DNA from: Enterobacteria phage vB_EcoS_IME18
Strand: one strand, 5' to 3'
Sequence record: MH051911
Length of the DNA: 50,354 nt
The notes beneath the pieces are model-generated. The model was given only the letters and a program-made list of their open reading frames with translations. It had not been told where the DNA came from and searched no databases. Below are positions 17,120 through 25,350 of this stretch, in pieces; the first letter of the stretch is position 1; the number at the start of each line of letters is the position of its first letter. Position numbers and translations under genes: made by a program.

Positions 17120-17491
17120 ATGTTTAAGCAGCTCACTGACCTGGACTTCTCAGCAAGCACGGCAATACAGACTGACGAAAAAGAGCGCGTTGCGATCGAG
17201 AACATCGCGCGAAAGATTTACAACAAGCAAGAGAAAGCCGTGAGAGCCGCTCTAAGCTCTTATTACGGTGTAAGTGATGCAATGGAGTGTGTTAACCGCG
17301 TAACGCGCGTGGTGGACCGTTCTGGCGCATCTCGTTTCGTCGATAACGATACTGGCGAGACAATCATTCAGCTTAATAATCCATCTATGCGTACCGAGCT
17401 TGGCAATATTGCATTATGGGGCGTGGCTAACTACTCAATCACTGTAAACTCCTGCATTGCGGATCGTGTTAAGGAGGCATTGTATGAGTGA
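17120..17491 (+). CDS. hypothetical protein (paralog of 17698..18021)
   Basis: Start reassigned to ATG 17120 with SD GAGGA; shares AAxxxYG(V/I) region with 17698 product. Confidence 0.5.
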   Translation: MFKQLTDLDFSASTAIQTDEKERVAIENIARKIYNKQEKAVRAALSSYYGVSDAMECVNRVTRVVDRSGASRFVDNDTGETIIQLNNPSMRTELGNIALWGVANYSITVNSCIADRVKEALYE

Positions 17492-17684
17492 TAATATCTA
17501 CCGCGTGGTTGCGATCTCACGCAAGACGCAAAAGAGAGTAGTTGCCTACATGGGGAATAGCGCCATTGAAGCTACAGACGCATTCGAGCTACTGAAGAAT
17601 AACGAAGGATTTATGAACACGTTCCGAGTTAGACTTGAGCGTCTCGAACCTGTTATTATTGACGAAGCGAGAAAGCTATCCTGA
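17484..17684 (+). CDS. hypothetical protein
   Basis: Start ATG 17484 with SD AAGGAGG; overlaps previous gene end. Confidence 0.45.
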   Translation: MSDNIYRVVAISRKTQKRVVAYMGNSAIEATDAFELLKNNEGFMNTFRVRLERLEPVIIDEARKLS

Positions 17685-17697
17685 CTGGTTAGGGGGA

Positions 17698-18021
17698 ATG
17701 ATGAACCACACTTACAAAATCACAACGAAATCACCGAAGATTAACGGAAGTACGGTAGTCGCACTGAATAACGCGGCAGCAATCCACGAAAAAAACATCA
17801 TGGAGCGCGTTAAGGCGGCGGTAGGCCGATTCTACGGAATCAACGCCGACATTGCTGACAGCAAGCGACTGTTCAAATACGTGCCAGGTCATCCATATAG
17901 CCGGATGATTGATATTAAGCATGATAAAGAACTGGTTCGAATAGGATCGCTTAGCATTGACGAGTTTGACCATAGCATTAACCTTGTGACGGCGTATCAA
18001 ACCTGGGACGGCAAAAAATGA
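17698..18021 (+). CDS. hypothetical protein (paralog of 17120..17491)
   Basis: Start at ATG 17698/17701 after AGGGGGA. Confidence 0.45.
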   Translation: MMNHTYKITTKSPKINGSTVVALNNAAAIHEKNIMERVKAAVGRFYGINADIADSKRLFKYVPGHPYSRMIDIKHDKELVRIGSLSIDEFDHSINLVTAYQTWDGKK

Positions 18022-18161
18022 TTTATATTCACACTTTCTATACTGGCAAATTTAACAGCGTAAAAAATGTTCGCGTTTACGATAGTCACCAAAAAGCAAT
18101 GATGCAGAAAGTAGTTCTAGGTGGAACAATCAAGGAGTGCCAAGTAATTTCCGAGTACTGA
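18018..18161 (+). CDS. hypothetical small protein (47 aa)
   Basis: ATG overlaps previous stop (ATGA); stop immediately precedes box; not in ORF track. Confidence 0.35.
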   Translation: MIYIHTFYTGKFNSVKNVRVYDSHQKAMMQKVVLGGTIKECQVISEY

Positions 18162-18176
18162 TAGCACTAATTGCTA
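18162..18176 (+). promoter_or_regulatory. palindromic box TAGCA-N5-TGCTA (promoter-associated)
   Basis: TAGCACTAATTGCTA; TATATT-like hexamer 22-23 nt downstream. Confidence 0.55.
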
Positions 18177-18238
18177 AAGACAATAAATAGTGAGTAAGGT
18201 ATATTACTCACACACCAAACAAAACAAAGGAATTAAAA

Positions 18239-18463
18239 ATGAGCATTAAAGTTGAGAATATCATCAAGCGCTTGAACGCAAAAGGCCGTGTAGTTATCAA
18301 GATGGATAAGTCTTCCGGTTTTATTTCAATGACGGTAACTAAGACGCGTAACGGAAATAGCGTTATCGGAAGTGTACCGGGATCTCGACTGATAAATGCA
18401 ACAGATGCGGATGTTCGCGCAACGCTTGAGGCTAACTCGATTTACATTAATTCATGGAGCTAA
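18239..18463 (+). CDS. hypothetical protein
   Basis: 74-aa ORF with SD AAGGA. Confidence 0.5.
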   Translation: MSIKVENIIKRLNAKGRVVIKMDKSSGFISMTVTKTRNGNSVIGSVPGSRLINATDADVRATLEANSIYINSWS

Positions 18464-18466
18464 TTA

Positions 18467-18679
18467 ATGGAACAGGATAATTTCTGGACTCGTTATTTTG
18501 CAGCGCTCGATGCCGGGCTTGGTGCGGAATGGTGTATCAAGGTTGCATATAAAGAAATTACGCTTGACGACGCGCTAGGGAATATGGATATGGACGCAGA
18601 AAGTGAATATAATCCCGACTTCGAGATGCCAGGCGATGATACTGGTGATAATGACGACGACGATTATATTCCCTGGTAA
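18467..18679 (+). CDS. small acidic protein with SSB C-terminal-tail-like ending DDDDYIPW
   Basis: 70-aa ORF; C-terminus DDTGDNDDDDYIPW resembles the SSB tip DDDIPF present in this phage's own SSB (32260..32676). Confidence 0.5.
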   Translation: MEQDNFWTRYFAALDAGLGAEWCIKVAYKEITLDDALGNMDMDAESEYNPDFEMPGDDTGDNDDDDYIPW

Positions 18680-18680
18680 A

Positions 18681-18695
18681 TAGCACGATTTGTTA
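18681..18695 (+). promoter_or_regulatory. palindromic box (promoter-associated)
   Basis: TAGCACGATTTGTTA; extended -10-like TGATAAAGT with hexamer 22 nt downstream. Confidence 0.6.
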
Positions 18696-18759
18696 ATATT
18701 GCCGTAAGGTCATTTGATAAAGTGACCTTATTCAAGATAACCAATCAGGAGCTAACGCA

Positions 18760-19176
18760 ATGAAATCCATCAAACTTAAATGTACTTCAGCAGATAAAAT
18801 CACAGGATTTGAAGTAAACAACCTGTACAAAGGTCGTGAGCGCTATGATGGCACTCGCGAAGTAAAATTAAAATGCGGAAAGTATTTAAAACTTGAAAAG
18901 CATGATGAATTACAGATTCACGGATCTGATGAAATCTTCTTCGCGAAGTTCACTGAGTTGAAAACAAAGACGCTCAAGTGCACCGGGCTTGACCATCGCA
19001 ATCCGATGAAAAAATCATTCAAACTTGGCAAACGTTACCAGGTGGAAAGCGGTCGCGCTCTCGGCGGCGTAGCTGGTTATATTTTTGATGAGGACGGTTG
19101 CCGCTGGACCTTATTTCGAGAAGATGTTGGTTTTAGTATCGCGGACGGCACAACCTTTGAGGCCAAATACTTATAA
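18760..19176 (+). CDS. hypothetical protein (MKxxKLKCT family paralog)
   Basis: 138-aa ORF; N-terminus resembles 10145 and 12065 products. Confidence 0.5.
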   Translation: MKSIKLKCTSADKITGFEVNNLYKGRERYDGTREVKLKCGKYLKLEKHDELQIHGSDEIFFAKFTELKTKTLKCTGLDHRNPMKKSFKLGKRYQVESGRALGGVAGYIFDEDGCRWTLFREDVGFSIADGTTFEAKYL

Positions 19177-19180
19177 CCAA

Positions 19181-19195
19181 TAGCACTTTTTGCAA
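19181..19195 (+). promoter_or_regulatory. palindromic box (promoter-associated)
   Basis: TAGCACTTTTTGCAA; TATCAT 22 nt downstream. Confidence 0.55.
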
Positions 19196-19252
19196 AACGC
19201 GTGTACCATTGGCGGTGTATCATTTACACCGTCAACTAAGGAGTTTATTGTG

Positions 19253-20821
19253 ATGTTTAATATTAAGCCAAAACTGAATTACCAACAGATTATTGAGATC
19301 GCCAATAGCACTGGAGTTAATCCGGTGGCGATCGCAATTCGTGAAAACAGCTATGGTGACTCAGTTTCATTTTGGCAAGATCCGATCGATATCAATAACG
19401 GCAACGATAAGTTCCCTCTGATTTCGTTAGGTGGCGATAACCTGGTATTCGAATATGCAAAAGCAAAAGCTGAATCAGTCCAGTTCCCGGTTTCATCCGC
19501 GTATGCTCATTTTATCGGTTGCATCTCAGCCGCGATGCTCGGGAAGTTTTGGGTGCAATATCACGGAGAGGAACAGCCGACCGCGCTTTACATGGTAATC
19601 AGCCAGCCACCATCAACAGGTAAGTCCGCTATTAACTCAGCGGCGATAACTCCTATGCGTGCGGAGATTCAGCGACTGAATGAAGAGCGCAAAAAGGAAC
19701 GTATTCGTTTAACCAGTCAGCTACGCCAGGTTGAGAAGGAAATCAAGAATGATCCTAAAGGAAACACGACTGCGGCACTATACGAGGACAAAGAAAAACT
19801 GGAAGAGAAGATCAAAAAGATGGCTGATATTGTTTTTGCTGTATCAGATCCTACACCTGAAGGTCTTGCGAAAGTAGCCGCTGTTCAGGGCCACTTTTCC
19901 GTAATCTCTGATGAGGCAACGGCAATCAATACATTGCTCGGCCTGACTTATGGAGGTTCAGACAAGAAGTCAAACAGTGAACTTATCCTTAAGGCGTGGG
20001 ATAAAAACCACATGGAGGTAGCGCGTTCCAACCAGGACAACAACTTGTCTCTTTGCCCGGTTGGCTCGATCTGCGTAATTGCGCAGGATGAAACAATCAA
20101 AGGTATCATGGACGCAGGCCAACGAGGTATCGGTGTATCTGAGCGCTTCCTGTTAGTTCGCGAGGAACCGCTTTTAGGTACTCGTATTCTTTGTGATGAA
20201 AATGGTGATGCATTGTATAAAGAAGTCGATCGAGGACTGGTTAGCAAATATTACAGACTCGTTCACAACATCATGAAGGAGGAAAACGTTGTTCTCTCTG
20301 TAAGCCGTAATGCTATGCGTGAATTAAACCTTGCGCGTCAGGCGATGGAGCCGGATTTCGCCGCAGGTGGGAAATACTCTCACTCAATGCTACGCGGTCA
20401 TCTCGGCAAGTTCGATAAGCACGCCTTGCGTATTGCTTCAGTTCTCCACACGATCAAGAATTGGGATGGTGAATCACCGAACCGTTCCAACCGTGAGATT
20501 GACCTTGAAACAATGCAGGAAGCAATCATGATCTTCAATGAGCTTTCCAGGACTTATCTGTCGTCTGCCAGCGCTGCCGGGTATGCTGGTGATGAAGCTG
20601 AATCTCGCAAGCTGATTGATGTTATCACTGAGATCGCAAAGAAGAACAAAGGGCGCGCTCCGATTCATAGCATTGTTGCAAAGTGCCGTAACGTTACGCC
20701 GTTCAACGGTCAACAGAAAGTAGCTGAGCGAATCGATAGCCTGCTGATCACGCTCGAAGAGATGAACTACACTTGCCGCATTGATGATATTGTTTTCATC
20801 AATCCTCGACTGATGGGTTAA
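19253..20821 (+). CDS. putative replication-associated ATPase (P-loop-like), function uncertain
   Basis: Start reassigned to ATG 19253 (SD AAGGAG); 522 aa; deviant Walker-A-like QPPSTGKS. Confidence 0.45.
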   Translation: MFNIKPKLNYQQIIEIANSTGVNPVAIAIRENSYGDSVSFWQDPIDINNGNDKFPLISLGGDNLVFEYAKAKAESVQFPVSSAYAHFIGCISAAMLGKFWVQYHGEEQPTALYMVISQPPSTGKSAINSAAITPMRAEIQRLNEERKKERIRLTSQLRQVEKEIKNDPKGNTTAALYEDKEKLEEKIKKMADIVFAVSDPTPEGLAKVAAVQGHFSVISDEATAINTLLGLTYGGSDKKSNSELILKAWDKNHMEVARSNQDNNLSLCPVGSICVIAQDETIKGIMDAGQRGIGVSERFLLVREEPLLGTRILCDENGDALYKEVDRGLVSKYYRLVHNIMKEENVVLSVSRNAMRELNLARQAMEPDFAAGGKYSHSMLRGHLGKFDKHALRIASVLHTIKNWDGESPNRSNREIDLETMQEAIMIFNELSRTYLSSASAAGYAGDEAESRKLIDVITEIAKKNKGRAPIHSIVAKCRNVTPFNGQQKVAERIDSLLITLEEMNYTCRIDDIVFINPRLMG

Positions 20822-20825
20822 TAAT

Positions 20826-21233
20826 ATGCTTCTTCTTTTAGATCTGTTCCGGTTCTGCGAAGGTTACGACAAATACACTCGGCAGCACATAGCGAAATTT
20901 ATATACGCCCACAAGGAAAGTGAGCGATTTGCTAAGGCTGCTGGAATGACTCGCCGTGAATTTACAAGCGCGCTATCTAAGGAGTTTTGCGCTCGTTGCG
21001 TGACTGATGGTTACTTGGATCGCAAGGATGGAGTTTACTGGTGCAAGGGAAAGATTAAGCGCCCGGTAATGATGAAGCTGATGTGTATTGATGGCTACAA
21101 CAATCGGTATACGTGGGAAATGATGCACATTGGAGAGATGAGTGATGAAGATTTGTTTGGCGAACGTAGAAACATTGATAGATCGGAACGTCGAATTGTG
21201 CGCAAGGCTCCAGCTTACGAAAGAAGAATTTGA
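20826..21233 (+). CDS. hypothetical protein
   Basis: 135-aa ORF; 3' end overlaps next ORF by about 90 nt. Confidence 0.4.
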   Translation: MLLLLDLFRFCEGYDKYTRQHIAKFIYAHKESERFAKAAGMTRREFTSALSKEFCARCVTDGYLDRKDGVYWCKGKIKRPVMMKLMCIDGYNNRYTWEMMHIGEMSDEDLFGERRNIDRSERRIVRKAPAYERRI

Positions 21234-21345
21234 GCAAGGGTTGTTGAGTCTGTTACTCACTTCAATGAGGGCCAACAACGACAGTGAGCACAATCTTTGC
21301 GATCAGGAAGGAGAGTTACTCCTTCACGTAAAAAGGTACAAATAG
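21145..21345 (+). CDS. hypothetical protein (overlapping, +1 frame relative to 20826..21233)
   Basis: ATG 21145 with SD GGAGAG spacer 7; stop TAG lies in box. Confidence 0.35.
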   Translation: MKICLANVETLIDRNVELCARLQLTKEEFEQGLLSLLLTSMRANNDSEHNLCDQEGELLLHVKRYK

Positions 21346-21357
21346 CACTTTTTGTTA
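21343..21357 (+). promoter_or_regulatory. palindromic box (promoter-associated)
   Basis: TAGCACTTTTTGTTA; TATATT 22 nt downstream. Confidence 0.6.
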
Positions 21358-21432
21358 AAACACCAGATCTCGTATCGGGTATATTTGTTTCATCGAAACG
21401 AAGCGACCCGAAGGAAAGCATTATGGCTAACA

Positions 21433-21638
21433 AATTTTTAGTAGTTCGCGTTTACAACCACTCTAACGGCACTAGCAGTGAGATTCCTACCCTTTACAGC
21501 AAGCATGATGGATGGACTGAAGAAACGGCGGTAGCGAACGAGAAGAGGGTCGCTGAGATGTACGGCGACACCTGCGAGATTGAAGTTCGAGAATACGCAA
21601 AACTCACGAACGAAAGTTACATGTGGGCTGATGCATAA
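21433..21638 (+). CDS. hypothetical protein
   Basis: Start reassigned to ATG 21433 with SD AAGGAAAG; 68 aa. Confidence 0.45.
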
Positions 21639-21643
21639 AAGAA

Positions 21644-21667
21644 AGGAGGCTTACGCCTCCTTTTTTT
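21644..21667. terminator. bidirectional intrinsic terminator between convergent genes
   Basis: Stem AGGAGGC/GCCTCCT, loop TTAC, T7 run on plus and U-rich on minus; overlaps last codons of spanin gene. Confidence 0.7.
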
Positions 21668-22055
21668 CGTACTTACGAATTGAAAAATAAACCATCAACA
21701 GGCCAATAAAAACGAGAGTCCACCCTACAATTGCATCGTACCAGTTCCCATGTTTTGTTACCGTGATGTTTTCAGCGTTAACCGTATTTGCCTGAATGGT
21801 TGACACCTCCACAGACTTATTGACGGATGAGTCAACCTTGCCAATATTTGAGTCACTCACCTTCACCTCTCGCTTATCCTCTGCCTTTGCTGTAACTCCT
21901 GCTAGTTGTTTCGTGTTCTCAGCGCCAACCTGCGCCGTAACATCCGGGGAGTCAGAAAGTAAACCGCTCAGAGCAGATGCCGTCGAGCAACCGGATAGAG
22001 AAATAACACCAACAGCCACTGTAATCGCAATGCACGTTTTCTTCAGTTTCATCAT
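21651..22055 (-). CDS. unimolecular spanin (lipoprotein signal plus C-terminal TM)
   Basis: N-terminal [23 protein letters not shown] lipobox and C-terminal hydrophobic [13 protein letters not shown]; last gene of lysis cassette. Confidence 0.6.
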   Translation of the reverse strand: MMKLKKTCIAITVAVGVISLSGCSTASALSGLLSDSPDVTAQVGAENTKQLAGVTAKAEDKREVKVSDSNIGKVDSSVNKSVEVSTIQANTVNAENITVTKHGNWYDAIVGWTLVFIGLLMVYFSIRKYEKKEA

Positions 22056-22540
22056 AATTCCTTAACGCAATACGCGTATTCTTCAGTGCGTCGGTTCTTG
22101 AGTCCTCTAGACACTTCTCGCTTTTTGGTTTTTGGGTTGTAGTAGTATACCCATCGCCATAACTGATTGCACGCTTCCTTGTGCTTACTCTGATTTATTA
22201 GCTTAAGCATTGTAGAAGATCCGAACGCGCCAGTTCCAACGTTGAAAGTGAAGCTGTACAGTGACGCGCGCATCGTTACCGGAATATCAACATTCACCTT
22301 TTTGTCAACGTATCGCTGAGCGACGCCGATATGTTTTATCAGCAATGCATCGCATTCTCGCTTAGTGTATTTCTTACCAGGTATGACGTCCGGCCCGGTT
22401 ATTCCGCTGCATACGGTAGGGACTCCGGCTATATCGTAATACACCTCGTACTCTATACCTTCGATTCGTTCAAGTAGGGTAGGTGTCAACGTCAAAGCAG
22501 CCCCGATCGATGCGCCTATAACGTTATTTTTTAAGCTCAT
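22052..22540 (-). CDS. SAR endolysin (GH24 lysozyme)
   Basis: Lysozyme motif [17 protein letters not shown]...G; weakly hydrophobic Gly/Ala-rich N-terminal segment; ATGA overlap with holin. Confidence 0.75.
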   Translation of the reverse strand: MSLKNNVIGASIGAALTLTPTLLERIEGIEYEVYYDIAGVPTVCSGITGPDVIPGKKYTKRECDALLIKHIGVAQRYVDKKVNVDIPVTMRASLYSFTFNVGTGAFGSSTMLKLINQSKHKEACNQLWRWVYYYNPKTKKREVSRGLKNRRTEEYAYCVKEL

Positions 22541-22755
22541 TATCTCCCCCTGATCTTAAGCGCCTTATTTAGATCGCCATCGTTTAACGCTTCCTGAATT
22601 GCCTTACTATCACGATACTTCCAGTATGCACCCCAGGCACCAAAAAGCAGAAAGCAAATGAATGTAGCGCCAGCAATATAAAGTTGCCCGGTAGCGGCCC
22701 CGACTAATGAAGCACCGCCCGTGCTTGACGTAGCTGCTGTTAAAAATTCTTTCAT
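22540..22755 (-). CDS. holin (pinholin-like)
   Basis: Start chosen at ATG 22753-22755 (SD GGTGAG); two hydrophobic segments; immediately upstream of endolysin. Confidence 0.55.
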   Translation of the reverse strand: MKEFLTAATSSTGGASLVGAATGQLYIAGATFICFLLFGAWGAYWKYRDSKAIQEALNDGDLNKALKIRGR

Positions 22756-22873
22756 AATCTCACCATATATTTTTTGAACAAGTGAGTCGATTTTAACCTT
22801 CAAATTTACTTGATACAACGCAAAAAGGCCAGCATGTAAATCATGCCAGCCTGTAAGGTGATGAATGATATTG

Positions 22874-23050
22874 TTAATCTATCGCAATAAATTCCAGATA
22901 GCTACCGTTCAGAGGAGTCTGAATTGCTGAACCTCGCCCGTCGTAAATCTCAAATAATCCCCCACCGAAATCATAACCAACACTATAGATCTGATTTACG
23001 CGGAATGGAAGTGTTTTGGAGTCATTTCGGATGCACTTAACTCGCTTCAT
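22874..23050 (-). CDS. hypothetical small protein (58 aa)
   Basis: ATG 23048-23050 with SD AAGAGGA; not in ORF track. Confidence 0.4.
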   Translation of the reverse strand: MKRVKCIRNDSKTLPFRVNQIYSVGYDFGGGLFEIYDGRGSAIQTPLNGSYLEFIAID

Positions 23051-23107
23051 GATATATCCTCTTTGTTTTCGATGTGATTACTATACCCGAATCCCTTCGG
23101 GCGTTTT

Positions 23108-23122
23108 TATCAATTAGTGCGA
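23108..23122 (-). promoter_or_regulatory. degenerate palindromic box (promoter-associated)
   Basis: TATCAATTAGTGCGA; TATAGT 22 nt downstream on minus strand. Confidence 0.45.
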
Positions 23123-24265
23123 CCCTGTCATTTCTGGACGATAGATGAATCGACCGATTTCACCAAACTGCTTATCGTAAACAATTACCGCCGCCTGGCG
23201 ATATGAGCGCCACCCTCCGCGTGCTGCGTATGCATCTTTCGCGCCTAACTGACCGTGTACTTCATCAATACCTAGCGAGTGCTCAGTGATTGTCTGGTGA
23301 TGCCAGTGCCCGCTATGAGTATACACATACTTGCTCTCGCCGAAATCCGATCGGAAATCTGCTGCCATCGCTGCAAGTCGCGTGTCTGCCTTTTTCATAG
23401 TGTGCCCGTGAGTGTATCCCAACAAGGTATTTCCCCAACGAGTCTTATGCAGAATCATAGGACTGACGTCAACGAATACTCGCGGCTCGTCTTCATAGTA
23501 TGCTGCCATTGCTGCGCGTAACCAAATCATCCCGGCCTGGTCGTGGTTTCCTTCGATAACCTGAACTTCGACCTCTTTGTGTTTCGTCAGCATTTTGTCT
23601 ATAGCTCGTCGCACCGATCGAATCGCTACATGCACCAATTTAGCATATCGTGAATCCTGATCAAGAACGTGACCACTTGCCGGGGTAACTGCATCAAGTC
23701 CGTCAGAGTGAAGGAAGTCGCCGCCGATTAACAGAACAGCCTTCTCTGCGTTCGGGGCAATATCGATCGCGTAGTTAAAGAAGTCATTCAGCACTTTTTC
23801 CGCTACGTCTGTAGAGTAGTTCTCTCCGCATTCATGCTTGTGAGCAAGCGCGCCAATGTGAAGATCGAACACCGGGTATAGTGCCAGCTTGCCAATAGCG
23901 GTTGTAAGCCCTTGCGATGTGAGTAGCTCAGTTAGTTTTGCTCGCGGCAAGTCTTCACAGAATGCAATACGCGCTGCTTCCATCATTGCCGCAATCTTCT
24001 CACGGTCCTGATCGGTCTTAACCCATCGCACTACCTCGGTCCCATCTCCGCGAATCATCGTTGATGTGCCTTTTACCATGAATCCTTCCGGTACGTTCTT
24101 AGCAACATGCTCGTTGCCGTGGAAGTGTCCTTCTTTTGCCAATTTTGCGTGGCGAGCCTCAACAGTGCGAATGTGCATACCGTACTTTTCCGCGATCTCG
24201 CGAAGTGTCAGGCCTTTCATGCGTTCTTCGACAAGTTGCTCGGTAGTGATTTTAGCTTGTGACAT
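23114..24265 (-). CDS. HTH domain-containing calcineurin-like metallophosphoesterase
   Basis: N-terminal HTH-like LTLREIAEKYGMHIRTVEARH; metallophosphatase motifs DLH, GDFLHSD, GNHD, GHT, GHWH. Confidence 0.6.
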   Translation of the reverse strand: MSQAKITTEQLVEERMKGLTLREIAEKYGMHIRTVEARHAKLAKEGHFHGNEHVAKNVPEGFMVKGTSTMIRGDGTEVVRWVKTDQDREKIAAMMEAARIAFCEDLPRAKLTELLTSQGLTTAIGKLALYPVFDLHIGALAHKHECGENYSTDVAEKVLNDFFNYAIDIAPNAEKAVLLIGGDFLHSDGLDAVTPASGHVLDQDSRYAKLVHVAIRSVRRAIDKMLTKHKEVEVQVIEGNHDQAGMIWLRAAMAAYYEDEPRVFVDVSPMILHKTRWGNTLLGYTHGHTMKKADTRLAAMAADFRSDFGESKYVYTHSGHWHHQTITEHSLGIDEVHGQLGAKDAYAARGGWRSYRQAAVIVYDKQFGEIGRFIYRPEMTGSH

Positions 24266-24343
24266 ATTTTAATCCTTACATGATAATGAAATACATTACT
24301 GAAAATGAAATTAGCGGTGTTAATACTACAGCAAAATAAAGAT

Positions 24344-24745
24344 TCATGCCACAGCCTTTAACCAGAATCCGAGATCTGAAGATTTAAACTCAACAAGTTT
24401 CCCATCAACCTCAAGCATCATGCTGTTTCTACCTGGTGAGTAATAACCTATATGCAACTCCTGTTTCATACCGATGGTGCAAAGCACATTAACGAAGTCA
24501 GGAGGCAACCAATCAGAGAAAGGGATTTGCTTAACCTGCCTCTTTCCGATCCATATGGTCTGGTAGTCATCTAAGTTAATGTTTAAGCCTGGAAGACTTG
24601 TTGTTCTTTGCTGTTTTTCGTTCTCGCTCAATTCTCTTTCCTTCTTCACGATAAAATTCAAGTGATGGGGTAGCTGGCACTCTATGCATTTTTCTCGGCA
24701 TATCTTCCATAAATGAAATCTTTCCGTTTGAGATAATGCTAACAT
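24344..24745 (-). CDS. hypothetical protein (possibly 3' part of a frameshifted gene)
   Basis: 133-aa ORF overlapping 24576..24848 by 170 nt in a different frame; weak SD at own start. Confidence 0.35.
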   Translation of the reverse strand: MLALSQTERFHLWKICREKCIECQLPHHLNFIVKKERELSENEKQQRTTSLPGLNINLDDYQTIWIGKRQVKQIPFSDWLPPDFVNVLCTIGMKQELHIGYYSPGRNSMMLEVDGKLVEFKSSDLGFWLKAVA

Positions 24746-24848
24746 CCTTTATATCGAAATATTTTGCTATTAGTGCTATATCGTCTGAGATGCCACATTC
24801 CTTTGCGTGCTCCCACACCTCTCGTTTACCTTGCTTTTTTATCAGCAT
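24576..24848 (-). CDS. hypothetical protein (possibly 5' part of a frameshifted gene)
   Basis: Good SD GGAGA at 24848 start; 3' third is Lys/Arg-rich low complexity. Confidence 0.35.
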   Translation of the reverse strand: MLIKKQGKREVWEHAKECGISDDIALIAKYFDIKDVSIISNGKISFMEDMPRKMHRVPATPSLEFYREEGKRIERERKTAKNNKSSRLKH

Positions 24849-25035
24849 TAGTTAATTTCTCCACGTCAGAGATGAAGCCTTCGACTTCTTCAACCGAGCA
24901 ACGGTAATAAGACATTTTAAGGAAGTTCATAGCAATATCCCAATCGAAGTTGCCGCCTTGCTTGTCAGTGATATGAACAGCCATTTTTGCGGACTGTTGA
25001 GCGATATTGAAAAAGTTTGCGTTAATGCGTGCCAT
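24826..25035 (-). CDS. hypothetical protein
   Basis: Start reassigned to ATG 25033-25035 with SD GAGGAA. Confidence 0.45.
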   Translation of the reverse strand: MARINANFFNIAQQSAKMAVHITDKQGGNFDWDIAMNFLKMSYYRCSVEEVEGFISDVEKLTNADKKAR

Positions 25036-25095
25036 CTTTTGATTCCTCACTTCGTCTCGATGAAATAACTATACCCGACTTTCGCCGGGTATTTT

Positions 25096-25110
25096 TAGCA
25101 ATTAGTGCTG
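25096..25110 (-). promoter_or_regulatory. palindromic box (promoter-associated)
   Basis: TAGCAATTAGTGCTG; TATAGT 22 nt downstream on minus strand. Confidence 0.55.
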
Positions 25111-25350
25111 TACGATCGTATCGGCTTTAAGTTCCTCTACGTCTTTCTGGATAATTGAAGGCCAACGCTCGATATATTCATTTTTTATCTCATCGAAAGA
25201 CATATCAAGAGAACTAGTAAACTTCCACAGATCGCAACCAATAACATCCTGAGTCAATCCGTTTTGCTCCATAATTTCGCAGCACGTAGCGCGATAAAGA
25301 AGCCATAAACCTTGCTCAGTTAATTTAACAGGAACCATTTTTTCGCTCAT
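25102..25350 (-). CDS. hypothetical protein
   Basis: Start chosen at ATG overlapping Dam stop (ATGA); 82 aa. Confidence 0.45.
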   Translation of the reverse strand: MSEKMVPVKLTEQGLWLLYRATCCEIMEQNGLTQDVIGCDLWKFTSSLDMSFDEIKNEYIERWPSIIQKDVEELKADTIVQH

